Assembly (NCBI GenBank): GCA_032654565.1
Contig: JAULAX010000015.1
Location: 768,001 to 832,000, forward strand
Length of the DNA: 64,000 bases
Reading direction: 5' to 3'
Source of the DNA: Anaeromyxobacteraceae bacterium
Lineage (GTDB): Bacteria > Myxococcota > Myxococcia > Myxococcales > Anaeromyxobacteraceae
Position numbers and translations under genes: made by a program. Of the stretch, positions 38,763-48,377 are shown piece after piece. The notes beneath the pieces were generated by a model, which did not search any database, was not told the origin of the DNA, and saw only the letters and a list, made by a program, of their open reading frames with translations. Position 1 is the stretch's first letter. Every line of letters starts with the position of its first letter.

Positions 38763-39692
38763 GTGGCCGACCAACTGGAACAGCGTGCCGGCGCGGTCTT
38801 CCTCCGGGCCCAGCCCCCCCGGCTGGCCTTGCCGGCCCGCGGCACCTTCATCGGGCTGGCCTGGAGCGGCGTCGAGGGGGCCGGCAACAAGATCGTCGCC
38901 GCCAGCCTGGAGTGCGAGAAGGATCGGGCCCGGCTGGCCCGGCTCTGGCGCCCCTTCAGCGACGCGCCGGGGCGGCGCGACGTGCGGGCCCGGTTCGCCC
39001 CCTGGCTCGAGGAGCAGCTGCGCTGGGCCGAGGGGAGGCTGGTGGTGGGCGTCGACTTCCCGCTCTCCATGCCCGAGACCCACGTGCGGCAGCTGGGGCT
39101 GCTGCGTCAGGCGCTGCGCGGCCCGGCGGTGCTCGGCAAGCACCTGGAGGAGCGCTTCCTCGGGGAGACCGGGGACTTCACCGGCGCCGCCACCCGGCTG
39201 CGCGGCGAGCTGGGGCGCGAGCAGCGCCGGGTCACCGATTGCTACCGCGCCGAGCCGCTCACCGCCACGTCGCCGCGGGCGCTGCGGCGGACCCTCTTCG
39301 GCCTGGTGACCGTGGCCCGGCTCGACGCCGCCTTCGTCCCCTGGGAGCCGCCGCGGGCCAGCGGCGCCACCCTGGTGGAGGTGCGCCCCGGCCACGTGGC
39401 CCGGGCCCTCTGCGGCTGCTGCGACACCCGCGACGACGTTGCCGGGGGGTCACGCCGCTCGGCGCGGGCCACCGTCTTGCGGGTGCTGCGGAGCGCCGCC
39501 CGCATCGAGTTCCAGATGGAGCAGGCGGCGCCCATCATCGAGGACGGCGGCGGCGACCACCTGGCGGCGCTGCTGGCCGCGGTGGGGGCGGCGGCGGCCA
39601 GCGCCGACGGCTTCCAGGGCGTGCCCCACGACGTGCCGCGCTGCGAGGGGTGGATCTACTCGGTGCGCGAGGAGCCGTGGCGCACGCCGTAG
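38763..39692 (+). CDS. DUF429-like (predicted RNase H-fold nuclease) protein, divergent
   Basis: FIGLAWSG, VVGVDFPLS, R..D, LVEVRP, DHLAALLAA, EGWIY pattern. Confidence 0.6.
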   Translation: MADQLEQRAGAVFLRAQPPRLALPARGTFIGLAWSGVEGAGNKIVAASLECEKDRARLARLWRPFSDAPGRRDVRARFAPWLEEQLRWAEGRLVVGVDFPLSMPETHVRQLGLLRQALRGPAVLGKHLEERFLGETGDFTGAATRLRGELGREQRRVTDCYRAEPLTATSPRALRRTLFGLVTVARLDAAFVPWEPPRASGATLVEVRPGHVARALCGCCDTRDDVAGGSRRSARATVLRVLRSAARIEFQMEQAAPIIEDGGGDHLAALLAAVGAAAASADGFQGVPHDVPRCEGWIYSVREEPWRTP

Positions 39693-39717
39693 CCGGCGGC
39701 GCCGGGGACGGGCCTCG

Positions 39718-40341
39718 GTGAGGCGGCGCGAGCCCGAGGCGGCGCTGCGGGCGCTGCAACGCCGCATGGCGGCCTTCCGGCCGCGCGGCTTCGGCCCCAC
39801 CGTGCACGGGCCGCCGGTGCTGAGCCGGGTCTTCCTGCTCGGGCAGGCGCCCGGTCCGCACGAGGCCAGGCTGGGCCGCCCCTTCGCCTGGACCGCCGGC
39901 AAGACGCTCTTCCGCTGGCTGGAGCAGGCCACCGGGGCCGGCGAGGCGGCGGTGCGCGACGCCTTCTACATCTCGGCGGTGGCCCGCGGCTTCCCTGGCA
40001 AGGCCAGTGGTGGCGGCGACCGGGTGCCGACACCGGCCGAGATCGAGCGCTGGCGCCCCTTCATCGTCGGGGAGCTGGACATCCTCGAGCCTCGCCTGGT
40101 GGTCCCCATCGGCCGCCTCGCCATCGGCGAGGTGCTGGGGCCGCGGCCGCTGGCCGAGGTGATCGGGCGCTCCTTCGAGGTGACCTGGCACGGCCACGCC
40201 GTCGAGGTGATCCCGCTCCCCCACCCGTCGGGCGCCTCCACCTGGTTCAAGGTGGAGCCGGGGCGGACCCTGCTCGGCGAGGCGCTCGGGCTGCTGGGGC
40301 GGCACGCCGAGGTGCGGCGGGCGCTCGACCGGGCGCGGTGA
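39718..40341 (+). CDS. Uracil-DNA glycosylase superfamily protein
   Basis: LLGQAPG, PFAWTAGKTLFRW, GDRVP, PLPHPSG. Confidence 0.85.
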   Translation: MRRREPEAALRALQRRMAAFRPRGFGPTVHGPPVLSRVFLLGQAPGPHEARLGRPFAWTAGKTLFRWLEQATGAGEAAVRDAFYISAVARGFPGKASGGGDRVPTPAEIERWRPFIVGELDILEPRLVVPIGRLAIGEVLGPRPLAEVIGRSFEVTWHGHAVEVIPLPHPSGASTWFKVEPGRTLLGEALGLLGRHAEVRRALDRAR

Positions 40342-40348
40342 GCCGGGC

Positions 40349-41812
40349 TCAGGCCGGCGGCGTCGCCTCGGGGAGGGACAGGGTCGCGGTGGTCCCGGCC
40401 TCGAGCCGCGACTCGAGGCGGAGCTCGCCGCCGAGGCTCTCGACCAGGGCCCGGGCCACCGGCAGCCCCAGGCCACTCCCCTTGCCTTCACCCTTGGTGC
40501 TGAAGAAGGGCTCGAAGGCCCGCCGCAGCACCTCGGGGGTCATCCCGCCCCCGTCGTCGGTGACGGTGAGGTGGATGCGTCCGTCCTCGGCGGGGCGGGC
40601 CGCCACCACCACCCGGCCGGCGCGATCCTCGGGGATGGCCTCGGCGGCGTTGCGGAGGAGCGCCGCGAGGACCTGCGCCAGCAGGTCGGGGCGCAGCCTG
40701 GCGTGGAGGTGGGGCGTCCCCTCCAGCCGGAACTCGATCCGCTCGTCGCTCCAGGCGCGGGCGTCGTCGAGGGCCTGGGCGATGACGGCGCCGACCGAGG
40801 CGGTGCCGCCCACGGTGGGGACCGAGGCCAGCCGGCCGGCGTCGACCAGCCGGCGGACCAGGCCGTTGATCCGCTGCATGGCCTCCAGGGCCTCGACCAC
40901 GGTCTCGTGGGCGTCGGCCGGGAGCGAGCCGGCGGCGCAGCACTGCTCGAGGTAGCTCAGGCTGGAGGTGACCACCGAGGCCGGGTTGTTCACCTCGTGG
41001 GCCACGCCGGCGGCGAACTGGCCGAGCGAGGCCAGCTTCTCCGACTGGTGCAGGGCCTCCTGGGCGTCGGCCAGCGCGCCGGTCCGGGCCTCGACCAGCG
41101 CCTCCAGCCGGTCGCGCAGGCCGTGGAGGGCGCGGGCGTCGCGCACGAAGCGCTCGGTGAGCGAGAAGGCCATGGCGCCGATGGGGATGACGAAGCCGAC
41201 GTCGAGCAGGTAGGCGCCCGGGTAGGCCTGGCTGGTCACCAGGGCGTCGTTGACGCCGAGGACGAGCAGGCTGGCGAAGGCCAGGGCGTGGAGCAGGCCG
41301 TGAGGCTGACCCGCCCGCCAGGCCTGCAAGAGCCGCTGGAAGACCACCAGGGCGGCGGCGGTGGCGATGGCGAAGAGCGCCTGGCCAGCCACCGTGGGCA
41401 GCGCTTCCCGGTACTGGCTGGAGAGCCAGGGGATGGACCGCCCTTCGACCAGGTCCTGGAAGGCGACGCCGGGGATGAGGGCGAGGAGGCCGAGGGCGGC
41501 GAGCAGGGCGACAGCGGCGCGCTCGACGCGGCCGGGGCGCCGGCCGGTCCAGGCGTCGACGTAGCGGAACCAGGCCCAGACCTGGAACAGCACCGCGGCC
41601 AGCTGGACGCGGGAGAGGGTCACCACGACCGGGTCGGGCCAGGCCAGCGAGGTGGCGACGTTCCCGAAGGCGTAGGCCGCGGCGCCGAAGGCGATCAGCG
41701 AGAACCAGCGCTGCTCGCCCCACCCCGGGGCCAGGGCGAAGCGACGCGCCATCAGGCCGACGTAGACGGCGATGGCGCCCGCGGCGATGGCGATGGCGGC
41801 GGCGAGGTTCAT
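40349..41812 (-). CDS. Histidine kinase with multi-TM (7TM-like) sensor
   Basis: About seven TM helices, SEKLASLGQFAAGVAHEVNNP, PFFSTK, GSGLGL. Confidence 0.9.
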   Translation of the reverse strand: MNLAAAIAIAAGAIAVYVGLMARRFALAPGWGEQRWFSLIAFGAAAYAFGNVATSLAWPDPVVVTLSRVQLAAVLFQVWAWFRYVDAWTGRRPGRVERAAVALLAALGLLALIPGVAFQDLVEGRSIPWLSSQYREALPTVAGQALFAIATAAALVVFQRLLQAWRAGQPHGLLHALAFASLLVLGVNDALVTSQAYPGAYLLDVGFVIPIGAMAFSLTERFVRDARALHGLRDRLEALVEARTGALADAQEALHQSEKLASLGQFAAGVAHEVNNPASVVTSSLSYLEQCCAAGSLPADAHETVVEALEAMQRINGLVRRLVDAGRLASVPTVGGTASVGAVIAQALDDARAWSDERIEFRLEGTPHLHARLRPDLLAQVLAALLRNAAEAIPEDRAGRVVVAARPAEDGRIHLTVTDDGGGMTPEVLRRAFEPFFSTKGEGKGSGLGLPVARALVESLGGELRLESRLEAGTTATLSLPEATPPA

Positions 41813-42483
41813 CGGGCGCGGGGGGCCGCGGCGGCGCGCAGGTCGGCGATGGCGCGGGCGTAGTCCTTCTGGCCGAAGACGGCGGTCCCGGCCACGAAGA
41901 CGTTGGCGCCAGCGGCGGCCACGGCGGCGATGGTCTCCGGCTTGACCCCGCCGTCGACCTGGATCTCCAGCGGCTGCCGGCGGGCGTCGGCCAGGGCGCG
42001 CAGGCGGCGCACCTTCTCGGTGCAGGCGTCGATGTACTTCTGGCCGCCGAAGCCCGGGTTGACGGTCATCAGCAGGATCATCTCGCAGTCGCCGAGCACG
42101 TACTCGACGGCCTCGAGGCCGGTGGAGGGGTTGAGGGCCACGGCGGGGCGGGCGCCGGCGGCGCGGATGGCCTGCAGGGTCCGGTGCAGGTGGGGCGAGG
42201 CCTCGGCGTGGACGCTGATGACGTCGGCGCCCGCCTTGGCGAAGGCCTCCACGTACCGCTCCGGCTCGACGATCATCAGGTGGGCGTCGATGGGGAGCCT
42301 GGTGACCTTGCGGACCGCCTCGACCACCAGCGGGCCGATGGTGATGTTGGGGACGAAGCGGCCGTCCATGACATCGACGTGGATCCAGTCGGCGCCGGCG
42401 GCCTCGACGGCGCGGACCTCCTCGGCGAGGCGGCCGAAGTCGGCGGAGAGGAGGGAGGGGGCGATGCGGATGGGGGGCGCCAT
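41809..42483 (-). CDS. rpe: Ribulose-phosphate 3-epimerase
   Basis: IAPSLLSADF, HVDVMDGRFVPN, MTVNPGFGGQ, VDGG. Confidence 0.97.
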   Translation of the reverse strand: MAPPIRIAPSLLSADFGRLAEEVRAVEAAGADWIHVDVMDGRFVPNITIGPLVVEAVRKVTRLPIDAHLMIVEPERYVEAFAKAGADVISVHAEASPHLHRTLQAIRAAGARPAVALNPSTGLEAVEYVLGDCEMILLMTVNPGFGGQKYIDACTEKVRRLRALADARRQPLEIQVDGGVKPETIAAVAAAGANVFVAGTAVFGQKDYARAIADLRAAAAPRAR

Positions 42484-42678
42484 GGCGGCGAGTGTAGCCG
42501 ACCGGGGGAGGGGGCGGCAGCGGCCCTGGGCGGGGGACCCGGAAGGTTCCGGGCGGGGCGTTCCGGCGGAGGGCGACGGAGCGGCGGACGCGCCGCGGAC
42601 CTGTGGGCCGGGGCGCGGACTCGGGAAATCGGGAGGTTGCGAAAAAGCGGCCGCGCCGCGGACCTCCGCGCCCCCTCG

Positions 42679-44040
42679 TCAGCCATTACTCTCGGTCGGG
42701 AAATCGGTCCGGATGATTCTGGCGGCGTAGAAGCCGTCGGCCCCGTGCCGGTGGGGCAGGGTGACCAGGTCGCCCACCCCGTCGAGCATGGCGCGGTCCA
42801 CCTCGGCCGGCGCGGCCTCCCGCCGCCAGCCCTCCGCCAGCATCGCCGCCACCACCCCCGGCCCCTCCACCCGGGAGAGCGAGCAGATGGCGTAGGTCAC
42901 CGGCGCCCCGGCCTTCGCGTACCGCGCCATGGCCCGCAGGATGGACAGCTGCAGCGCCGCCAGCCGCGGCAAATCCTCGGCCAGCCGCCGCTGCTTCAGC
43001 TCCGGGTGGCGCCGCAGCGTCCCCAGCCCGGCGCAGGGGGCGTCCACCAGCACGGCGTCGAAGCTGGCCGGCGCCAGCCCCGGGATGGGCTTCGAGGCGT
43101 CGGCGCAGATCACCGTCACCGCCAGCCCCCGCCGCAGCGCCTCCTGCCGCAGCGCCTCGGCCTTGCGCGGGTGGAGCTCGATGGCCACCACCTCCGACCC
43201 CGGCCCCAGCAGCTCGGCGAGGTGGAAGGCCTTGCCGCCCGGCGCCGCGCAGGCGTCGAGCACCCGGGCGGTGCGGCCGCGCAGGTGCCCGGCCGCCATC
43301 AGCACCGCCGCCTGCGCCCCCTCGTCCTGCACCTGGAACGGCAGCCCGGCCGCCGCCCGGGTCAGGTCGGCCACCGACCCTCCACCCAGCGTCAACCCAT
43401 CCGGCGACCCGGCGCAGCGGCGCGCCTCCATCCCGGCCGCCTGCACCCGCGCCAGCAGCTCGGCGGGCCGGGGCGTGCGGACGGTGAGCGGCGCCGGGCC
43501 GTTCATGGCCGCCGCCAGCGCCAGCGCCTCGTCCGCCCCCAGCCAGGCCACCCACTCCTCGGCCAGCCAGCGCGGCAGCGACTCGGCGGCGGCGATGTGG
43601 CCGGCGGGATCGGAGGCCAGCGGCGGCGGCGGCGGCGGCGGACCGGCCCGCAGCAGGGCCCGGAGCACGGCGTTGATGAAGCCGGCGGCGCGGCCATGCT
43701 CGCTCCCCTTGGCCAGCTCCACGGTCTCGCCGACCGCGGCGTGCGGCGGGGTCTGCATCACCACCAGCTGGTAGGCGCCCATGCGGAGCAGCACCCGGGC
43801 GGCCGGGTCGAGCTGGGCCAGGGGGCGCGAGCAGTGCGGCCCCAGCAGGGCGTCGAGCTGCAGGGTGCGGCGCAGCGTGCCGTAGACCAGCGCCGTGGCC
43901 AGCCCCGCCTCGCGCGGCGGCAGCGCCCCGGCCCGCCCCAGGGCGGCGTCGAGCGCCCGGGAGGCGAAGGCGCCCCCCTCCTCGACGCGCAGGAGCACCT
44001 CGAAGGCGATGCTGCGGGCGCTGGGGGCGAGCGGCGTCAT
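42679..44040 (-). CDS. rsmB: 16S rRNA m5C967 methyltransferase (NusB-like + RsmB domains)
   Basis: LVYGTLR, AGFINAVLR, VQDEGAQ, DACAAPGGK, DAPCAGLG, DGFYAA; follows fmt. Confidence 0.9.
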   Translation of the reverse strand: MTPLAPSARSIAFEVLLRVEEGGAFASRALDAALGRAGALPPREAGLATALVYGTLRRTLQLDALLGPHCSRPLAQLDPAARVLLRMGAYQLVVMQTPPHAAVGETVELAKGSEHGRAAGFINAVLRALLRAGPPPPPPPLASDPAGHIAAAESLPRWLAEEWVAWLGADEALALAAAMNGPAPLTVRTPRPAELLARVQAAGMEARRCAGSPDGLTLGGGSVADLTRAAAGLPFQVQDEGAQAAVLMAAGHLRGRTARVLDACAAPGGKAFHLAELLGPGSEVVAIELHPRKAEALRQEALRRGLAVTVICADASKPIPGLAPASFDAVLVDAPCAGLGTLRRHPELKQRRLAEDLPRLAALQLSILRAMARYAKAGAPVTYAICSLSRVEGPGVVAAMLAEGWRREAAPAEVDRAMLDGVGDLVTLPHRHGADGFYAARIIRTDFPTESNG

Positions 44041-44969
44041 GATCCGAGCACCAGGCCGCCCGCCGGCAGGCCGTTGACGAAGTCGCGCGCCGCCATCCGC
44101 CGCTTCCCCTCCGGCTGGACCTCGAGCAGCTCGAGCGCGGTGCCCCCGCCGCAGGCCACCCGCAGCGCCCCGTCCACCACCACCGCCGCGCCCGGCGGGC
44201 CGTCGTCGGGCCGCCCAACCCGCGCCGCGGCGCGGTGGACCTTCAGGGCCTTGCCGCCCAGCGAGGTGAAGGCCCCGGGCCAGGGGGCGAAGCCGCGGAT
44301 CCGGCAGGCCAGCTGGGCGGCCGGGCGGGTGAAGTCGAGCCGGCCGTGGGCCTTCTCCAGGATGGGGGCCAGGGTCACCGCGGCGGCGTCCTGCCGGACC
44401 GGCACCAGGGCCCCGGCCGCCACCAGCGGCAGGGCCTCGACGATGGCCTCTCCGCCCAGCGCCGCCAGCCGCGGAGACAGCGCCTCGGCGGTCTCCTCGG
44501 GGCCGATGGCCAGGGTGCGCGCCAGCAGGATGTCGCCGGTGTCGAGCCCCTCGTCCATCTGCATGATGGTGACCCCGGTCTCGGCGTCGCCAGAGGCCAC
44601 CGCCCACTGGATGGGGGCGGCGCCCCGCCAGCGCGGCAGCAGCGAGGCGTGGACGTTGAGGGCGCCCAGCGGCGCCAGCGTGAGCAGATCGCGCCCGAGG
44701 ATGCGGCCGTAGGCGGTCACCACCAGCAGGTCCGGGCGCAACGCTCCCAGCGCCGCCGCCAGCGCGCCGTCGCGCACCTTCTCCGGCTGCAGCACCGGCA
44801 CCCCGTGCGCCAGCGCCCAGGCCTTGGTGGCCGGCGCCTTCAGGGCCTGCCCCCGCCCCGCCGGCCGGTCCGGCTGCGCCACCACGGCCAGGAGCTGGTG
44901 TCCGGCCCGCGCCAGCGCCGCCACGGTGGGGACGGCGAACTCGGGCGTGCCCAGGAAGACGAGGCGCAT
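44037..44969 (-). CDS. fmt: Methionyl-tRNA formyltransferase
   Basis: FLGTPEFA, NVHASLLPRWRGAAPIQ, MDEGLDTGD. Confidence 0.96.
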   Translation of the reverse strand: MRLVFLGTPEFAVPTVAALARAGHQLLAVVAQPDRPAGRGQALKAPATKAWALAHGVPVLQPEKVRDGALAAALGALRPDLLVVTAYGRILGRDLLTLAPLGALNVHASLLPRWRGAAPIQWAVASGDAETGVTIMQMDEGLDTGDILLARTLAIGPEETAEALSPRLAALGGEAIVEALPLVAAGALVPVRQDAAAVTLAPILEKAHGRLDFTRPAAQLACRIRGFAPWPGAFTSLGGKALKVHRAAARVGRPDDGPPGAAVVVDGALRVACGGGTALELLEVQPEGKRRMAARDFVNGLPAGGLVLGS

Positions 44970-45067
44970 GCGGCGGATATACGCGGAAGGCGGCGGCGGG
45001 TCGAGCGGGGGGTCGTGGCCCATGACCCGGCCGGCGGGGTACACTCTCCGGCCAAAGGGGATCCAGC

Positions 45068-46630
45068 ATGCGCCCTCTCCGTCACCAGCTCCGCCCCGCC
45101 GCCGTCGCCCTGTTGGTCCTGCTCACCGCCTGCGCCGACCCCAGGGATGTCCAGGGCTGGGCGGAGCGGGCCGCCTCGAGGAACCGGCTCGACGAGAAGC
45201 TGGCGGCGCTGCAGCAGGCCCGCACCGCGCCCGGCGACAAGCGGGCGGCGGTGAAGCCGCTGGCCGAGGTGCTGAAGCAGGCTCCCAGGGCCCGGGCCGA
45301 GGCGGCGCTGATCCTCGGCGAGCTGGGGGACCCGGGGGCGGTGCAGCCGCTCATGGAGGCCATCGACACCTCCGGCAAGCCGGACCGCGACCTCAACGAC
45401 GCCAACCAGAAGATCGCCACCGCGCTCGGCGCCCTGCGCGCTCGCGAGGCCGTCGGCGCCCTGGCCAGGCTCACCACCTCACGTGATCCCTTCACCCAGG
45501 TGGCGGCCATCGACGCCCTCGGGGCCATCGGGGACCCGGCCGGCGTCGACCCGCTGCTGGCGGTGGTCAACGACCCGCAGGGCGAGACCTTCTCCATCAA
45601 GAAGGCGCTGCTGGCGCTGGGGCGCATCGGCGACCCCCGCGCCGCCCCGGCGGTGCTGCGGATGCTCTACGTGGAGTGGCCGGGGGTCTCCTTCTTCGCC
45701 GAGGCCGCCTTCGCCGGCTCGCAGATCGGCCCCCCCATGTCGGCGCCCCTGGCGACGGTGGTGGAGGGCAAGGACCCGGAGCTGGCCAGCTGGGCCGCCT
45801 CCAGGAAGATCCACCCGGCGGCGCTGCGGGCCAAGGCGGCGCAGCTGCTCGGCGACGTGGGCGGCCCCGGGGCCGTGCCGGCCCTCCTCGCCGCGCTCCA
45901 GTACCGCGACGCCGACCCCGCCTTCCAGCTGCTGGTGCGGGTCTTCGCCGCCGAGTCGCTGGGGCGCCTGCGCGCCGCGGCCGCGGTGGCCCCCATCGGC
46001 GCGCTGCTGGCCGGCTCGAGGGATCCCGACGCCCGCGATCGCTACGCCGAGGCGCTGGCCCGCATCGGCGACGGTTCGGCGCTGGCGCCGCTCCGGGCCG
46101 CCGCGGCCACCGGCGGTGACTTCCACCTCAGGGCGGGGCCGCTCGACGCCCTCTCGCTGATCGGCGGCGAGGCGGAGCGGCCGCTGGTGGAGGGGGCCGC
46201 GCAGGCCTGCTCGGCCGGCTGCCCGGCCACCCGCAAGGCCACCCTCGACGGCATGGTGGCCCGGCTGGGGGCGGCCCGGGCCTGCGCCGGCGCCGTGGCC
46301 TGCTGGTCCGGCAAGCTGAACGACCCGCTGGCCGCGGTGCGCGACCGCGCCGCGCTGGAGGTGGGGCGGGCCGGCGACGCGACGGCGGCGGCGCCCCTGG
46401 TCGAGGCGCTGGTCAGGCCGGTGCAGACCGACGCCGAGCTGGCCGCCCGCTACCACGCGGTGCTGGGGCTCGACTGGCTGGCGCGCCGCGCCCCGGTGGG
46501 GCCCAAGGGGGCCGAGCTGGCCGCGTCCATCGACAAGATGGTGGCCGGCGACAAGGGGCGGACGCTCACCGCCGCGGTCAACGAGGACGCGCTGCGGGTG
46601 GCCGCCCGGCTCCGTCGCGGGGCCCCGTAG
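45068..46630 (+). CDS. HEAT-repeat lipoprotein
   Basis: Lipobox LTAC, multiple AxxALGxIGD...AV repeats. Confidence 0.82.
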   Translation: MRPLRHQLRPAAVALLVLLTACADPRDVQGWAERAASRNRLDEKLAALQQARTAPGDKRAAVKPLAEVLKQAPRARAEAALILGELGDPGAVQPLMEAIDTSGKPDRDLNDANQKIATALGALRAREAVGALARLTTSRDPFTQVAAIDALGAIGDPAGVDPLLAVVNDPQGETFSIKKALLALGRIGDPRAAPAVLRMLYVEWPGVSFFAEAAFAGSQIGPPMSAPLATVVEGKDPELASWAASRKIHPAALRAKAAQLLGDVGGPGAVPALLAALQYRDADPAFQLLVRVFAAESLGRLRAAAAVAPIGALLAGSRDPDARDRYAEALARIGDGSALAPLRAAAATGGDFHLRAGPLDALSLIGGEAERPLVEGAAQACSAGCPATRKATLDGMVARLGAARACAGAVACWSGKLNDPLAAVRDRAALEVGRAGDATAAAPLVEALVRPVQTDAELAARYHAVLGLDWLARRAPVGPKGAELAASIDKMVAGDKGRTLTAAVNEDALRVAARLRRGAP

Positions 46631-48377
46631 CGGCGAGCCCCGCCTCCCCGGCGGCGACCCGGGCCCGCACCGCGGCCCCGTGCTGCAGCCGCGCCGCCAC
46701 CCGCGCCCGCAGCGCGCCCCGCCGCCGCTCCACCTCGGCGGGGGTGAGCCCCATGGCGCCGCCCACCAGCCGGTCCAGCGCGCGCTGGGCCGGCCGCGCC
46801 AGCATGGCGGCGAGGTCGGTGGTCACCTCGTCGGTGGCCAGCCGGGGCCGGAGCGCGGCCAGCCGCGGGCCGATCCGCGCCAGCGCCTCCCGCGACGGCA
46901 CCGGCGCCGCCGCCAGCACCCGGCAGTCGACGTCGGCGATGGCCTGGGCGCCGGTCAGCTGCCGCGCCGCCTCGTCGATGGCCAGCCGCACCGGCGTGGC
47001 CGAGAGCACCAGCGAGAGCACCCAGGGCTCGACGCCGCGGGGGAAGAGGGCGTGCCACTTCTTGTCCTCGAGCAGCTCCGCCTGGTTGAGCACCGCGAAG
47101 GCCCGCGCCCCCAGCTTGGCCGGGTAGAGGAGCGGCGCCGGGGCCCGCCCGTTCGCCACCCGCCACCAGGGCGACCGGCCGGCGCAGGTGGGGCGGCGGT
47201 GGACGCCGGCCGCCTCGCCGAGGGCCAGGTAGGCGAGGGCCCGCGCCGAGGGCGGGCCGGAGGGGCGGAAGAGCAGGCGCGAGCTCTCGCAGCGCTCCGG
47301 GGCCCGCGCCTCCTTGAGCGAGAAGAGGAGCGGCGACAGGTCGCCGTCGTCGAGCGCCACCTCGCCGGCCAGCGCCGAGCGGTAGCGGCCGTCGCCGAGG
47401 GGGGCGAGGTGGAAGAACTCGTTGCAGCCGGTCTTCATCCCGAAGCGGACCTCGCAGAGCTCGGAGAGGGGCACGGCGCCGGACGGCGGGGCGGCGGGGC
47501 TGGGACGCCGCAGCCGGGAGGGACCGTGGGCCCCGGGGTCGGCCGACGTCACCAGCGTCATCAGCTCGGCGTCGCCCAGCGCGGCGAGCGGCACGTCGGC
47601 CTCGACCGGCGGGCGCTCCACCGCCCCGGCCACCCAGCAGGTGAGCCAGGTGTCGACCGAGGCGGCGAAGCTGCCGCCGGCGCCGGAGCGCAGCCGCAGC
47701 ACCAGGCCGCCGCGCGCCGCCGCCTCCGACCAGAGCCGGGCGGCCGAGCGGCTCGAGCCGAGCGCCCGGGGCAGCACCAGCGCCACCACCGGGGCGTGGC
47801 GCAGCGCCAGCGCCGCCAGGTGGGCGGAGAGGTCGGCCTGGCGCGGCAGCCCGCTGCGGGCCGCCGCCCGCGCCTTCTGCGCCGGCGGGAGCGCCTCGTG
47901 GCGCAGGAAGGGAGGGTTGCCGATCACCAGGTCGGCCGCCGGCCAGCGGGCGGAGACGGCGTCGGCGCGGCGGAGCAGCGGCTCGGCCCGGAGCAGCCGG
48001 AGCCGGGCCGCGGTGGTCTCGACGGCCAGCGGGGCCACGTCGAGCCCGAGGAGCCGGAGCCGGGCCCGGTGCGGGTGGGCCAGCCGCTCGGCCGCCACCA
48101 GCAGCGCCCCGGCGCCGCAGGCGAAGTCGAGGACCCGGGCGCCATCGAGCGCCCGCCCCAGCGCCGCCGAGCGCCGCCCGGAGAGGAGCGCGCCGAGCGC
48201 CGCCGCCACCGAGGGACCGCCGCGCCGCGCCGCCAGGTGGGCCAGGGCGAAGGCGGCCAGCAGCCGCGCCTCGGGCGCCGGCGTGAAGACGGCGCCGCGC
48301 TCCCCGTCCAGGGCCACGGCGCACCGGCGCTCCAGCGCGGCGTCGGTGAGGCCCGGCGTTCGGGGCGGCGGGCTCAG
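46578..48377 (-). CDS. Orphan amino-methyltransferase (N6-adenine gamma class, Eco57I/TaqI-like); start uncertain
   Basis: GAVFTP, DFACGAGALL (motif I), IGNPPF (motif IV), RFGMKTGCNEFF; the ORF is open up to 48533. Confidence 0.7.
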   Translation of the reverse strand: MSPPPRTPGLTDAALERRCAVALDGERGAVFTPAPEARLLAAFALAHLAARRGGPSVAAALGALLSGRRSAALGRALDGARVLDFACGAGALLVAAERLAHPHRARLRLLGLDVAPLAVETTAARLRLLRAEPLLRRADAVSARWPAADLVIGNPPFLRHEALPPAQKARAAARSGLPRQADLSAHLAALALRHAPVVALVLPRALGSSRSAARLWSEAAARGGLVLRLRSGAGGSFAASVDTWLTCWVAGAVERPPVEADVPLAALGDAELMTLVTSADPGAHGPSRLRRPSPAAPPSGAVPLSELCEVRFGMKTGCNEFFHLAPLGDGRYRSALAGEVALDDGDLSPLLFSLKEARAPERCESSRLLFRPSGPPSARALAYLALGEAAGVHRRPTCAGRSPWWRVANGRAPAPLLYPAKLGARAFAVLNQAELLEDKKWHALFPRGVEPWVLSLVLSATPVRLAIDEAARQLTGAQAIADVDCRVLAAAPVPSREALARIGPRLAALRPRLATDEVTTDLAAMLARPAQRALDRLVGGAMGLTPAEVERRRGALRARVAARLQHGAAVRARVAAGEAGLAATGPRDGAGRPPAARPR

